Shown here: one piece after another, positions 1 through 13,398 of the stretch | How positions within the stretch are numbered: the stretch's first letter is position 1 | Layout: the number at the start of each line of letters is the position of its first letter | Assembly (NCBI GenBank): GCA_951406725.2 | Contig: OX597820.1 | Span: forward strand, 30,752,001 to 30,816,000 | Direction: 5' to 3' | Length of the DNA: 64,000 nucleotides | DNA from: Octopus vulgaris | Lineage: Eukaryota | The notes under the pieces: model-generated | Database searches by the model: none | What the model was told of the DNA's origin: nothing | What the model saw: only the letters and a program-made list of their open reading frames with translations | Program-made: the position numbers and the translations under genes

Positions 1-344
1 TTCTCTTAAATCTGATGTAATCAAAATACCAGATGGTGATATGACATTATATAATAACATACTACAGGGCTTTGTATTTTACTTCTTTTTCCTTTTCTTC
101 CTTTTTTTTAAACTGGAGTGCAACGGGTCTCACTCACCAAGTTATGTCAGGTTTATCATAATATATCAATAAATTTCAAACATGAATGAAATGAAAATAA
201 AAATATAACTTTTCAGATATCCTTCTCTTATTCCCCTCTAACGCACCCACGCATATACATTACAAAATGACTGAATATTGTTATACAGTTTCATTATCTT
301 CGCACAATAAACACAGACTAGACCACACTGGTCTTGTTTCTGTT

Positions 345-703
345 TTTGCATAGCTCGGAAATCAGGGAGTGTCTCCAGGTCATGCCGCTACTTCTCCGTA
401 TAGTGAGATCACAACTCTGATACTGAAGACATGTGAGTAGAATGTCGCAGGAAAGAATCCCAAGGTGGATTCTCCATGCTGAGCTATCCTGCAGGAGACC
501 TTGAGATAGATCAAGAACGAGATGGTTGGATAATATCCATAGGCGTAGGAGTAGCTGTGTGGTAAATAGCTTGCTTACCAACCACATGGTTCCGGGTTCA
601 GTCCCACTGCGTGGCACTTTGGGCTAGTGTCTTCTACTATAGCCTCGGGCCGACCAAAGCCTTGTGAATGGATTTGGTAGACGGAAACTGAAAGAAGCCC
701 GTC

Positions 704-769
<66 letters not shown>

Positions 770-1160
770 TTGTGTGTCTGTGTTTGTCCTCCCAACATCG
801 CTTGACAAACCGATGCTGGTGTGTTTACGTCCCCGTAATTTAGCGGTTCGGCAAAAGACACCGATAGAATAAGTACTAGGCTTACAAAGAATAGGTCCTG
901 GGGTCGAGTTGCTCGACTAAAAGGCGGTGCTCCAGCATGGCCACAGTCAAATGACTGAAACAAGTAAAAGGGTAAAAGAGAGAGAGAGTCAGAGTTGGTC
1001 ATGCTTAGGAATCCAGCCAGAAAGTCTCATGATGGCTGCTTCAGCTTGGACTCTACGGAGAAGACACCTGAGGGTTCTATCTCCACAATCCCCTCAAGAA
1101 TAGTCGGCAAAAATGATGGATCGATGTCTAGGTGGACGGACGGATGGATGGATGGATGCC
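345..1160 (+). mobile_element. Decayed RTE-type LINE 3' end, split by a SINE inserted at 542..990
   Basis: Reads RHVSRMSQERIPRWILHAELSCRRP*DRSRTRWLDNIH before the SINE and continues SWSCLGIQPESLMMAA after it. Ends in a (GGAT)n tail. Confidence 0.7.
542..990 (+). mobile_element. tRNA-derived SINE family A with internal (TA)n(TG)n microsatellite
   Basis: A-box-like GCTGTGTGG and B-box-like GGTTCAGTCCC, conserved body, tail ...GAAACAAGTAAAAG. Further copies at ~1523-1900(-), 9741-10158(-), 20419-20760(+), 25596-25968(-), 44716-44890(-), 47049-47457(+), 48430-48540 and 49350-49580(+), 50759-51115(+), 52068-52455(+), 54219-54600(+), 55049-55448(+). Confidence 0.9.
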
Positions 1161-1722
1161 TCAGTCATACTTATAACTACCTATCCCTCGCCAAATTTGG
1201 GTCATGTCTTGGATACATTTTGCCACTTTTTAGTCAGTAGACGGGTCACTGTTGTATTCTTTTTTTCTTTTCTTTTTTAGAGGATTTAGTAGAAGACGGC
1301 ATACACCCGAACACAATAAGTTTAACCCTAAAGTTCATGTTTTTTCGTGTTGTAGTGACATGTGACAAACGCCTCGTGGGTGAACAACACTGTTTTCAAT
1401 AGACGTTAAATGTATGTGTGTGTGTGTGTGTGTGTGTGTGCGTGCATGTAGTATGTGTGTAGACAGTAACTTCGAAATCACTGTCAATAAATTTATGACT
1501 CTTCATACATATAAAATCTTTCTCTTTCTTTTACTTGTTTCAGTCATTTGACTGCGGCCATGCTGGAGCACCGCCTTTAATCGAGCAACTCGGCCCCGGG
1601 ACTTATTCTTTAGTAAGCCCAGTACTTATTCTATCAGTCTCTTTTGCCGAACCGCTTAGTAACGGGGACATAAACACACCAGCATCGGTTGTCAAGCAAT
1701 GCTAGGGGGACAAACACAGACA

Positions 1723-1788
<66 letters not shown>

Positions 1789-3027
1789 TATACGACGGGC
1801 TTCTTTCAGTTTCCGTCTACCAAATCCACTCACAAGGCTTTGGTGCCACGCAGTGGGACTGAACCCGGAACCACTACTTACCACACAGCCACTCCTGCGC
1901 CTTTCATTCAATATCCATAATTTTAATGCATATAAACACATATATACCCACGCATGTAGGTAGGTAACAGTTTTACTGAAATAAAGTCAGGGGGCACCAA
2001 TCTGTAATTCTACCTACGCACACACACACTTATGAGAGACGAGCCAGCAAGGGAGACTACTACGAGAAATAGCAACCAAACAACATGCTTTACTTTCTAA
2101 AGAAAAATAAAAACATGGTAAAAATGTGGTTTTTATATACTATTCATGAAAATTGAATAAATGAATAAATCAATTAATTAACGGAGATGGTTATGAGTAG
2201 AACGCCTTTGAAACACCTTTGATCTTAGGTCTATTCAGTCGGAGGTAACCTGAAACCAAATAACAACGTTGTATATATTTCTGAATTTACTTATTCATAC
2301 TGATAAAAACGCCCTTGAGCTCTGAATTCTCAGAAAAATATAATTAACGCACTTCTCCCCCTCTCTCTCTCTGTATACACGTGTGTATATATATGAATGC
2401 GTGTGTGTATGCGTGCGCAGGTATGTGCTCATTCCAACATACATACACACGCGCGCGCATGCACTCAAATGATTGCGGAAGAAAGAACTCAATAAATGCG
2501 TGTATAGCTAATATATATCTGTGTGTATGAGTACTTTTCTCATATTTAGTAGAAGTGATTGAGTAATTCAGCAGACGAGAGCTTCGTACGTTAGCACTTA
2601 TGAAACTTGTTAAAAATCATATATTATTATATATATATAATAAATGTGTGTATAATGTATGTATTATTATTATACTTATATATTTATATATAAGTAACAA
2701 ACGATGGATGAATGTCAGTTCATTACAGCTGTTTCTAACGCATTTATTAACAGAGGAATGAGCACATTACATCATAGCAACAAAAAAAAACTGTTTTCAT
2801 CAGATGATACACAGAATTTCAAACAAAAGAAGAACAATCCATAAACACAGCAGGTGGTGTTTACGAGTTAATTCGACCCAACCTGGTGCCTATAATTTAA
2901 GTACCTGATTCTCTCCCGAATTCTTAATATTATATATATATATATATTATTATTATTTGAAGGAATATAAATCCAAAGTTACAGGGGAAAAAATTCAATT
3001 TAGAAATACTAAATCAGATTTCACACA

Positions 3028-3067
<40 letters not shown>

Positions 3068-3132
3068 TTTTATTATCTTTTTTATTTTATTTAGTTTCAG
3101 CTCACGAGCTGTGGCCATGCTGGGGCACCGCC

Positions 3133-3456
3133 TAGAAAAAAAACCACCTTTTATCAATTCAAAATGAACAATTAAAATTACACCATCTAGAAAATTACAT
3201 ATAATAGAAATATTAAAATTAAAATAACAATAAAATAGCAATGATTAAGTAAATTGCAAAAAAATAATAAAAACGTATATAATTATATACGTTTTTATAT
3301 AACGTATATAATTATATACTTTTTTTTTTTTGCAATTTACTTAATCATTGATATTTTAGTGTTATTTTAATTTTAATATTTCTATTATATGTAATTTTCT
3401 AGATGGTGTAATTTAATTGCTCATTTTGAATTAATAAAAGGTGGGGTTTTTTTCTA
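3133..3456. repeat. AT-rich near-perfect palindrome (foldback)
   Basis: 3133..~3290 is the reverse complement of ~3302..3456, e.g. TTACACCATCTAGAAAATTACATATAATAGAAATATT / AATATTTCTATTATATGTAATTTTCTAGATGGTGTAA. Confidence 0.9.
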
Positions 3457-5904
3457 ATTATATATATATATATATAGTTTGACCCAGCTGCATAAGAACT
3501 AAAGTTTCTCGTGGGAGAGAGGAAGTGTGTGTGTGTGTAAGATAGAAAGAAAGAGAGAGAGATCCAGTTTACTCCACACTTCAAGTCATGGCATATGAGA
3601 CACGTGTGCATAAAATAACTGAAACGCCTTGTTTTGAGTAACGTGTCAAAAAATGAACAAAGGGAGAAAACTCTAATATTTTTTGTGTTCTTTAAATATT
3701 TCGTCTTGAAAAGTTTCTCGTATTTTATATATATATATATATATAAAATTGAACTATAATAAATGAAAACTGATTAGTTTCTTTCAAGTTTGTATATTTC
3801 ATATAACATTTCTCTCTTAAAACTTTACCGTTTACTTATAGTTATAAATTAAGTACCAGTTACTCACTGGGGTGATGTTATCGACTTAATACCTATGTCT
3901 GTCCTTGTTTGTCCCCTCTATGTTTAGCCCCTTGTGGGTAATAAAGAAATAGGTAGTTATGAAGTCCAGCAAAGTATTTGGGTGAGCCGGCAGAATCGTT
4001 AGTGCCTCACACAAAATGCTGAACGGCTTTTTTCTGCGATTCTTTACGTTATAAGTAAGTTCAAATATCACCGCGGCCAACTTTGTCTTTCATCTTTTCA
4101 GTGGGTATAGAACCCAAGTACCAATCAAGTACTGCAGTCAATAATGTAATTGACCAATAACCCCTTCTACTAAAATTGTTGACTTTGTACCATTATATGA
4201 TACAATCATTAGCTAACTCCGGTCAAGCCTTGATTCAGCCAACTCAAGATTTTAAAGATATTCATATCATCGCGTCCCCGTTACTTTTTATTTGTGCCAA
4301 ATAAAAATATTTAAGACTACATTGTTCAAGACTGATTTGAAGAAGATTTTACTACTATTTTTTAGCAGATCTCATTGTCCAGCTATATATTTGAATGACT
4401 AAGCCAGTGATTCTCAACCATTTTTTACCTGTGAAAACCCTTTGATTCCTATTTCACTCAGATAAACCCTTATAGCCATCCGATGTTTAGAAAATCATAT
4501 TACACTTTTATAATTAAATATTATTAGTAAATTTATAAAGAAATTGTTAAAATATTTTGTGAATTGAAGAAGTATCACAAATTTATTGCCCATAAATTTT
4601 AACAATAGAATATTATATGGATCCCCAAGGGTCATATGAACCCCGGTTGAGAACCTTTCAAAAGAAAGTCAATCAAGCTGAATAAACGAAGAAAATCAGC
4701 AATTTCCATTTAAAGAGACAGGAAAGAAGGAAAGAAAAAAAACGTCATTAATTTCAAACTTCTCAACATAGATTTTTTAATTTATCTATAGTCTGCATCA
4801 ACACATAGTTATGTTTTTCTTGTTTTGTTTTGTCTTATTCTACCCCAAATATTGATTTCAGCTACAAGTTCTCAGACTTCTCATAGAAACGTAAAGTATC
4901 AGATTTCTAATACAAGCACAAGGTTTCACGATTTATATAAGAGAATGGTAAAGGCATTAGCGACACGAGTAAAATAAATGGTTTTACTCTTAATCAATGT
5001 TTTGCTCTTAATCGAAATTGGGTTTTAAAGCTTTTCCATTTCCAACAGAGCAATTATTCTTTCATTCAACGACACAATAAACAAATTATTTAATTTGTTA
5101 TTAAGTAGCTTTCACTCAACGGCCTTTTCAAGCAATCATTGCGTCTTCGTCGTTCTTTGATACAATCCAAAGTATAATATACTCTTTCTCTCTCTCTCTC
5201 CATCCATACATACATACAGTTAATTTTTATTTTCTATATTTCATCCGTAGCATTACAATCCGGTCATCTTCCTCGGCTCAATGTAACGCTTCACAAATAT
5301 TATTTCTATTTTCTGTTTACGATTCATTCAACGGTTTCAAAAAAATCTGTAAAGACCAATAAATACCTCCAGGAGCCGCTTGATTATTCGAGAAAATGAT
5401 TCTCACATACAGCGCCTCTACACTCCCACTATATATAAGTTTCTTTTCTTTTTTTGATGACTCCAACTAAGGAGAAAACTAGCCTCATTGAGGAGGTCTA
5501 AAATACCGAAACGTGTCTCTTTGCTTTCACCAGATTCACTCCAATTTACATTGTCTAAATATTTTGATGAACTAATCTTATTGGAGTTATTTTGTTGATT
5601 TTTTTTTCATCTTCTGGGGGGAGATTTTGTTTACTAATTGCTTGGATAATCTCATAATTTTTAACTCACTCTGTTACTTATCATATGAGACATAGTATTT
5701 TAATTATTCGGGGATAAAATAAATATTAACACCGGTCAACGAAAAAAGCGGTGTAAAATATTTATGTCACCATGTGTTTGTTGACATTTAATCCTTTCCG
5801 AAATGGAAAATAAAACAGCGAGATTTTAGAAAAGCAAATAGATATTTTCACTTTTCAGTTCACCAAAAGAGAAAGAGCGAGGGAGAGGTAAAAGAAGAGA
5901 AATC

Positions 5905-6186
5905 ATGGCAAGGAATGACGACAAGATAACTTGTGGAATCTTGCAAGAGTTTGGCACTGCAAACGATGAAACTACAGAAGATGAAAATGTAGATATTCGT
6001 GAGATGTTAGAGCTACAATTGGCCGAAGTTGAAATGCTAAATAGTATGTATCCAGACGAGAACGAATTCAAACTGGAAGAACCAATTGCTGTTCGGAACA
6101 TTCAAAGTTTTCTAAACGGTAAAATAAAATATGAATATCTTTACAGTCGAATAGGATTTACAGTATATCTACAACCAGCTCCCGAG
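5905..6186 (+). CDS. RWDD2: RWD domain-containing protein 2 (RWDD2A/B family), exon 1 of 2
   Basis: ATG in good context (aaatcATGG). RWD N-terminal motif LELQLAEVEMLNSMYP. Donor GAG|GTAAGA at 6187, phase 0. The ORF-track extension to 6408 is intron read-through. Confidence 0.9.
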
Positions 6187-6544
6187 GTAAGATTTCTGTC
6201 TGTCTTTCGCTACTTCTGGGGAGAGCATGAGCCCATTTCGTTATATTTTCATACTGTAAACGACTTCGTCAGACGTCTGTACATGGTTATGTTTCATCTC
6301 CACCTGCCGGTGGTTACCATACTAACTGTCAATCTTTCCTCCATGGAATCTCAGCCCTCTCAAATTCTTTTCACGCCCCCGTTTTCCCTGCGTGTGTTAA
6401 AAAAATGAAGATTTACCGTATCAACTTTCACCCGTTTCTGGATACCAGCGAAGATCATGGATTCTGTCCCTTCTTCATAACTATGCATTAAAACAAAACA
6501 CACACACACAAAAACAACCAACGTGGAAGCTTCTATTGGGTCAC

Positions 6545-6725
6545 TCGACTTGCTAGAAATAACAGACAGTTTCCTTAAATCGAAGCCCATCGTCTTGTAA
6601 AAGAACGACATACTAAATGATATAGTCCTATAATACATCCTGAAGGAGCAGGATGGTCATAACTGAGACGCTTTTCATCATAGCCCTGCTCGATCAAAGC
6701 CGATCTAGAGCTAAACAAAAACAAA
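6545..6725 (+). repeat. Old dispersed repeat (TTGCTAGAAATAGCA...GGATGGTCAT...GGGCTAAACAACAA)
   Basis: Diverged copies at ~2060-2270, 10645-10720, 14820-15010, 36835-37035 and 42580-42725 (+), and ~13700-13900, 55480-55620 and 62015-62200 (-). Confidence 0.6.
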
Positions 6726-7596
6726 GCTAAAGACATTGGCTTCAGTTGAACCTTAATAACTCAACTGAGACATGCTTTATTCCAACCCTTACTGTGCTTT
6801 TTTTTAGCAGCTGTGCGTCTAAGGTGTTATCATGAATTTTACGTCCGTTTCTCCATGTTTGCATGGAATTTGTTGGGGGAAGATTTTCGGTCAAGCTAAA
6901 GCGTTTGACCCGGTCATAAAAACAAAAACAAAAAAAAATAGTGTAATAGGTGTAAAACAACTTGCTCTAAACGAATATGGCCAAAATATGCGCGCTCGCG
7001 AAAGGGGGATGGGGGAGAGGACTCTGAAAATTCACATCTTCAGTCCGTGGCCTTTAAACTATAGTGTTTGACCTGGTCAAACGCTTTAGTTTGACCAGAT
7101 TTTCTATGTGATCGTATATTTTTCATGTCGCCAGCTCTCACTTGTTTCTAAGCAGGGTATTATTTCGCCCTGGTCTTTTTCGAGAAAGATTGGAAATGAA
7201 GGACACCACTTGTGTTATGGTGACGCTCGTTTACAACTATTGCACGATGTCAAGACAAGACACGAATACATACATACCATTGGTTTCTCTCAGTTTCCAT
7301 CTACCTAATCCACTCACATGGCTTTAATTGGCCTAGGGCTATAACAGATGACATTTACCGAAGGTATTCCCAGAACCGCATAGAAATGACAGCTGGTTAT
7401 GTGCAGACCCTTCTGAATTTCCAATTGTTATGCATACATTTTCTGCAGCTGTCGTGGTTTTAGGGGTTGTCAGCAACGAAGGGCGTGATGCCTCCTTACT
7501 TCTTTCCATAAGGCCTTAGAGTTAACAATGCAATAGAAGGCCATATGTGTTTCAGTAAGACTCTGCACTATCACATATGGCTCTAGCAACATAGGA

Positions 7597-7958
7597 ATGG
7601 ATGGCTGGAAATTTTCATGATCACATAACCCCTAACATTTGGCGTCCTAATTCCCCAGATCTCAAGCCATTGGACTATTTACATGTGGAGTATTGTTGAG
7701 AGAGAGGTCAATGAACACGCCCATAACACCAAAGACAGAGTAATGTCCAAAATGAACCAGGACCACTTCATTTGAGCATGTAGATGATTTAGATCTCATA
7801 TAGAAGCAGTTGTTGAAATTGAAGGTGGCTTTATTGAAAACATTAGAGAAAAGAAAGTTTATTTTTATCTTCATAGCATATTTTGATAAAGTTATTATCT
7901 ATTATTATATATGTTTCTTATAAACATAAATCTGTCCTTATATCTTACGCACCCTTTA
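7597..7958 (+). mobile_element. Tc1/mariner-superfamily transposase C-terminal relic
   Basis: Encodes WMAGNFHDHITPNIWRPNSPDLKPLDY..VWSIVE...EAVVEIEGGFIE. Confidence 0.75.
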
Positions 7959-8928
7959 TGTATGTATGTATGTTGCCAGCACTGTCTGGCCCCGTGTCGG
8001 TGGCACGTAAAAGCACCAGGCCGGTTGCCAGCTCTGTCTGGCCCCGTGCCGGTGACACGTAAAAGCATCATCCGTTCGTGGCCGTTCGCCAGCTCTGTCT
8101 GGCACCTGTGCAGGTGGCACGTAAAAAGCACCCACTACACTCGCGGAGTGGTTGGCGTTAGGAAGGGCATCCAGCCGTAGAAACACTGCCAGATCTGACT
8201 GGGCCTAACGAAGCCTTCCAGCTTCACAGACCCCAGTTGACCCGTCCAACCCATGCTAGCATGGAAAGCGGACGCTAAACGATGATGATGATGATGATGA
8301 TGATACACACACACACACACACGTATATGATGGATTCTCCTGTCAAAGACGACATATGAATATTCAGCTTTTGCCGAACGACCTACACAAATGATTTGTT
8401 TATAGTGACCAAAGAGTTTGTGCTGCACATTAGCTCCCTCCCTCCATCAAATCGATGTTGCTTGAACAGGTGCACTGTGTACCACATGTCAGGTGTTGAC
8501 ATGATCACAGAGCAACACATGATGCACTGTTTTGCTCAAAAACACAACACACCACCCGGTCTAGGGATTGAAACCATGATCTTGCGATAGTGAGTACAAC
8601 CACTAGGCCATATATACACACATACATATTCATATATATAATGTATGTGTAGGTATTCATGCCTCTTTATCTTGACATTGTTTGATAGTTGTAAATGAAT
8701 GTCAGCATCATACAAATCATCATCATCATCATCATCATCGTTTAACGTCCGTTCTCCATGCTAGCATGGGTTGGACGGTTCGTTGTTAATTATTTTGAAT
8801 CATCTGTAAAAACATGTCCAGTCATGGAGAAGACAAGTGAGTGTTGGCAACAGGAAGGGTATCTGGCTGTAGAAAATCTGTCTCTATGAATTCCATCTGA
8901 CTCATACAAGCATGGGAAAGCAAACATA

Positions 8929-9495
8929 TTGGGTTGTCTGGAAAGTTTGTGCTGATTTTTAAAGGAAAGAAAAAGGTCAATAAATACTTGCCATTATATT
9001 TTTTAACCAACCATATATGAACCATTTTGTTGCACAATGTGTCTCCATCTTTCCTTTAACTTAAAAATACCCTCTTCCCAGAATTGAGGTGGTTTCATGG
9101 CAAAGAATTCATCAAGGTATCTTTTTACAACATCCAAAGAATTGAAAGTTTTACCATTAAGACTATTCTGCAGAGACCTGAATAAGTGGAAATCCGAAGG
9201 AGCAACATCTGGTGAATACGGAGGGTGAGGTAACACATCCCAGCCGAGCTGCAGCAATTTTTGCCTGGTTTACAAAGCATCAAGTGCCGAAAATGAACTT
9301 TCTTATCTTCCATTTTAAAGGGTGACAGAATTAACACAGGTTATAAAAACATAAACCTTCTTCCACAAAAAGATAGCTTAAACTGTACTCTAAATGGAGG
9401 TGTAGTCAAATCCTATTTTATGGACTAAACCATGTTGTAAAATAAGTCGAAAGGTAAGCTACTATAAATTGGTACAAACTTTCCAGACAACCCAA
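8929..9495 (-). mobile_element. Internally deleted mariner transposon with both TIRs
   Basis: TIRs TTGGGTTGTCTGGAAAGTTTGT / ACAAACTTTCCAGACAACCCAA, with TA on both sides. Transposase N-terminus MEDKKVHFRHLML is joined to the C-terminus WDVLPHPPYSPDVAPSDFHLF. Confidence 0.92.
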
Positions 9496-10917
9496 TATAA
9501 AATTATTTAATAAACAGGATCTGGTAAGGTCAGGGCTGCACCAGGTTCCATAGTCAAACCAAAATAGACTCTGGAACCTGGAGCAACCCCTGGCCTTGCC
9601 AGTTCTTGTCAAGTCATACCCATTCCAGCATGGAAAAGGGACATTAAATAAGGATGATAAAGATGAATCTCTGTCTTTAAATTCTGACTGAAGACTTTGA
9701 TGATCTGAAGTTGTAGTCCTTATAATTTATGTTATATTTTTTTTACTTGTTTCAGTCATTTGACTGCAGCTATGCTGGAGCACCACCTTGAAGGATTTTA
9801 GTCAAATGAATCGACCCCAGGACTTATTTTTTAAAGCCTAGTATTTATTTTCAGTCTCTTTTGCCAAACCACTAACTTACGGGGACATATACAACCAACA
9901 TCAGTTGTCAAGCGGTGTTGGTGGGACAAACACAGACACAACGATACACACACATAGATATATATATATATATAATATATATATATTTATATGTATATGA
10001 CAGGTTTCTCTCAGTTTCCATCCACCAAATCCACTCAAAGCTTTGGTCGACCCAAGACTATAGAAGAAGATATTTGCTCAAGGTACCACATAGTGGGACT
10101 GAACCCGGAACCATGTGGTTGGAAAGGAAGCTTCTTACCACACAGCCATGCCTGCACCTATATAAACTTTTAATATATATTTGATAATGTTTTTTTAATT
10201 ATTTCTTTTATTCTAAAGCATTTTTCTTTATCTTTAAAATAACCTGATGTTATGGGGTTTATGCTGCTATCATAAACACAGTACCTTATAGAGGTAAAAG
10301 AGAAATGTATATACTCTGTATATTGTCATTTGAAAGTAAATAATCACAAATGTTTTCAAAGTGGACCGTCAGCTCAAATGTTAGAGACATTTGTTTCTAC
10401 CCCCCATGACTAAAACTGAACTCTAGATATTTAACCACCTGAGACCACCCCTAGTTCTATGATAAAAACTTCATGTTTTAAAGTGCTTTAAATTAAACCT
10501 TTGTATCCAAATTCCACAGTAATCCATGTTCCAAACTTGAGCTTAATAACGATAAAGTTATTTTTTAAAATTCTTCATTATTTTCAAAATTATTTGAAGC
10601 AAAAGCAGTAAATATGGTAACAAAAGCTTTACATGCATGAGCCTCTATTTAGTCGCTCAACTTGCTAGAAATAGCAACTAGGTTTTCCTCAAATCAAAGC
10701 CTGTTGTCTTCTGAACTAAATGCATAGCAGCACACAGGGTCATCACACACGGGATTGCTCATGCTGAGTGGGATTTAAGTCCTTACTTTTAATGTGGTAC
10801 CAAAAATTAAACTTTTGTATCAAGTTGAAATGACTGGCTGTCAGAGCACCCTATTATTTTAGTGAATAAATGGTTGAGACTGGGTCTTAGCTATTTATTT
10901 CCTTTCTCTCTCATCAT

Positions 10918-11130
10918 GTGGAGGCTCATGGCTTAGTGGTTAGGGTGTTGGACTCATCGTAAGATTATGGTTTCAATTCTTGGACTGAGCAGTGTGTTGT
11001 CTTCTTGAGCAAAACACTTCATTTCACATTGCTCCAGTCCACTCAACTGGTAAAAATGAACAATCCTGCAATGGACTGGTATCCCATACAGAGAAGAATA
11101 ATATATATGCTAGAAACTGGCCAAATGTTC
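10918..11130 (+). mobile_element. Older tRNA-derived SINE (related copies ~52655-52890 +, ~8460-8610 -)
   Basis: tRNA-like head TGGCTTAGTGGTTAGGG...GGTTTCAATTC, followed by CTTGAGCAAAACACTT and CCTGCAATGGACTGG. Confidence 0.65.
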
Positions 11131-11794
11131 CTTACAAGGTAATGTGGACTAGCCAACCACTCTCTCATCATACAGATTCAGACTTCATGGCTTTTCATGT
11201 CTCTCTCTTAATCTTCTTAGATCTATCATTATGCACTTGCTCTTTCTTACAAACCATTACTCCTACCTTTACTCATCTCTCATTCTTCTTTGTCTGTTTT
11301 CACTCATATATATATATAATCATCTAGTAGTGCAAGCATTGCTGTGTGGTTTAGAAGTTCTCTTTGTAACTATATGGTCTGAGGTTCAATCCCACTGCAC
11401 AACACTTAAGTGTCTTTTATCTAAGTTTCGATTCAGCCAAAGCCTTACAAGTCATCTGGTCAATGGAAACAATGTAGAAACCTGTTGCTGGCACTGGTTT
11501 TGTTATTGTGTGGTAGACTTAATCCCTCACCCAGTTTAAGATCACTGTCTTGTCTTTGGGTGCCTTCAGCAAATATTCAGGCCAACTCTCTGGTCAGAGG
11601 GTTTACTGACCGTCTTTCTCTTACCTGTTAAGACCTGAAGAAAGTTCATGTTCACTGCCCTTTCTCCTCTGACTAAGCCATTAAAAAGAAATCTTTCATC
11701 TCACATCACCTTTTCCTTTTCCTCATTTAACTTCTCTCCTCTTCCTCCTTGTTTCTTTCTTCTCCAAGTTGAGTGAGTATTCAGCCTCTAAATA

Positions 11795-12150
11795 ACGTTT
11801 GCTCCAGTTAGTGCACCTTGGTTGCCTCATCAGTACACCTAAGTTGCTTCAGTTATATCACTTAATGCGACTTGGTTGTTTTAAGTTGCCTCAGTTGCTT
11901 CAGTTACCCCAGTTGGTGCAGCTTAGTTGTTTAAGTTGCTTCATTTATTGCCGTTTGGGTGCCCTTTTCCAATTGCTTCAGTTACCTCAGTGCAGCTTGG
12001 TTGCTTCATACTGGGGTTAGAACTTCATTACTTTAGCTGTCCCACTTTGCACAACTTGGTTGCTTCAAGTGTCCGCGTTTGTGCAGCTTGGTTGCTTCAG
12101 TTGTTCCAGTGTGTGCAGCTGGGTTGCTTCACACTCCAGTTTGTTTAATT
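11795..12150. repeat. Degenerate minisatellite in the RWDD2 intron
   Basis: About a dozen imperfect units built on GCAGCTTGGTTGCTTCAGTT. Confidence 0.7.
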
Positions 12151-12723
12151 CATGGGATGCATACAAACCAGCAAAAAGTCTAATGTGTCTATTCATTCTT
12201 AATAGGTCCTGACAGATTCGAACGTAAATATCTGAAACACATGTTGTCTTAAGCGGGGAGGAGCACTTCGATGATAGAAAACAACAGCAATTAGATATAC
12301 TCATTTAAATCTGTCAAAATGTATTAAAAATGGATACTTATTATCATCATCGTAAATTATTTCACGCGCTTAACTTGTAAGGGGAAGTAAATCCCAAAAA
12401 AAGGGGACATAACTCAAAACAAAGCCAGTCACTTGATAGATCTTTTGATAAAATGACAAAGCCAGTCATTTGTAAAAATGTCTGCACCGAAATAATTTAC
12501 TAAAACCCCTATGGGTGATATCCCAGCATGGCTGCAGTTCAATGACTGAAAGTTGTAAAGAAAAATATATGATAACAATGATGGATCATAAGGAATAATG
12601 ATAAATTATTTCAATCTTCTTCACAATACTATTGCAGATGAGAATAAAAATATTGTATATATTTCATTCAACTGTATATTTCATTCTTGAGTTTTATTTT
12701 ATTTTTTGTGTCGTTTATTGCAG

Positions 12724-13398
12724 TGTAACCTTGAAGTCGTGTGTCACCTGCCTCATGAATATCCAACTGTGAGACCAGAGATTTTTATCCGTTCTCCCAA
12801 CATGCCTAAAGAAAACTTAAAAGAACTGAAAGATGCTACTGACGACTACATGCAGACAATAGAAGCCGGAGACATTTGCATAGGGATAATATTGCAGTGG
12901 CTTGACGAAAATGCTTCGAAGTATATGGGTAAAGTGGAGGAAAAGCCTAAGATTACAAATGATAGTAAAGTGGATAAGTTGTTTGTTAGACTTTGGATTT
13001 ACAGTCATCACATCTTTAGCAAATTCAAACGACGTGATCTTATAGACTGGGGTCAGGAACTGAAACTTTCTGGGTTCAGCATGCCAGGGAAACCAGGTGT
13101 GATTTGTGTGGAAGGACACAGTAGCCAAGTGGAAGAATTTTGGTATCGAGTACGAAGACTGAACTGGAAAAAAATTGCAATCAAAGAGAAAGAAGAAATT
13201 GATATGGGTGATGCTGATGTTGAACAATTTTGTAAATTCTGTGCTTTTGAAGAGAAGGTCTTTGATGCTCGTGCTGGAAAAGGTCGGGAATATCATATGG
13301 ATCTTGGGAAATTTTATGAGTTTTTGGAGAAAAAAGATCTGGGATATATCTTCAGCCTATATTTTGGGGTTGAAGGTAAGTCTACATCTGCGAGTTGA
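12724..13398 (+). CDS. RWDD2: RWDD2 family, exon 2 of 2 (rest of RWD domain plus DUF1115-type C-terminal domain); spliced product 318 aa
   Basis: Acceptor ttgcag|TGT after a T-rich tract, phase 0 matching exon 1. Motifs LPHEYP, RLWIYSHHI, LSGFSMPGKPGVICVEG and HMDLG are typical of RWDD2. Stop TGA at 13396..13398. Confidence 0.92.
   Translation, partial: CNLEVVCHLPHEYPTVRPEIFIRSPNMPKENLKELKDATDDYMQTIEAGDICIGIILQWLDENASKYMGKVEEKPKITNDSKVDKLFVRLWIYSHHIFSKFKRRDLIDWGQELKLSGFSMPGKPGVICVEGHSSQVEEFWYRVRRLNWKKIAIKEKEEIDMGDADVEQFCKFCAFEEKVFDARAGKGREYHMDLGKFYEFLEKKDLGYIFSLYFGVEGKSTSAS

Noticed and set aside
5485-5520. TTGAGGA-GGT...ACC-GAAAC-GT-GTC hammerhead-like string
   Set aside because: The first core base is wrong and there is no convincing stem I.
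6187-6408. C-terminal part of the 167-aa ORF
   Set aside because: Read-through past a strong GTAAGA donor; RWD similarity resumes at 12724.
12817-13296. 159-aa ORF antisense to RWDD2 exon 2
   Set aside because: Shadow frame with no recognisable domain.
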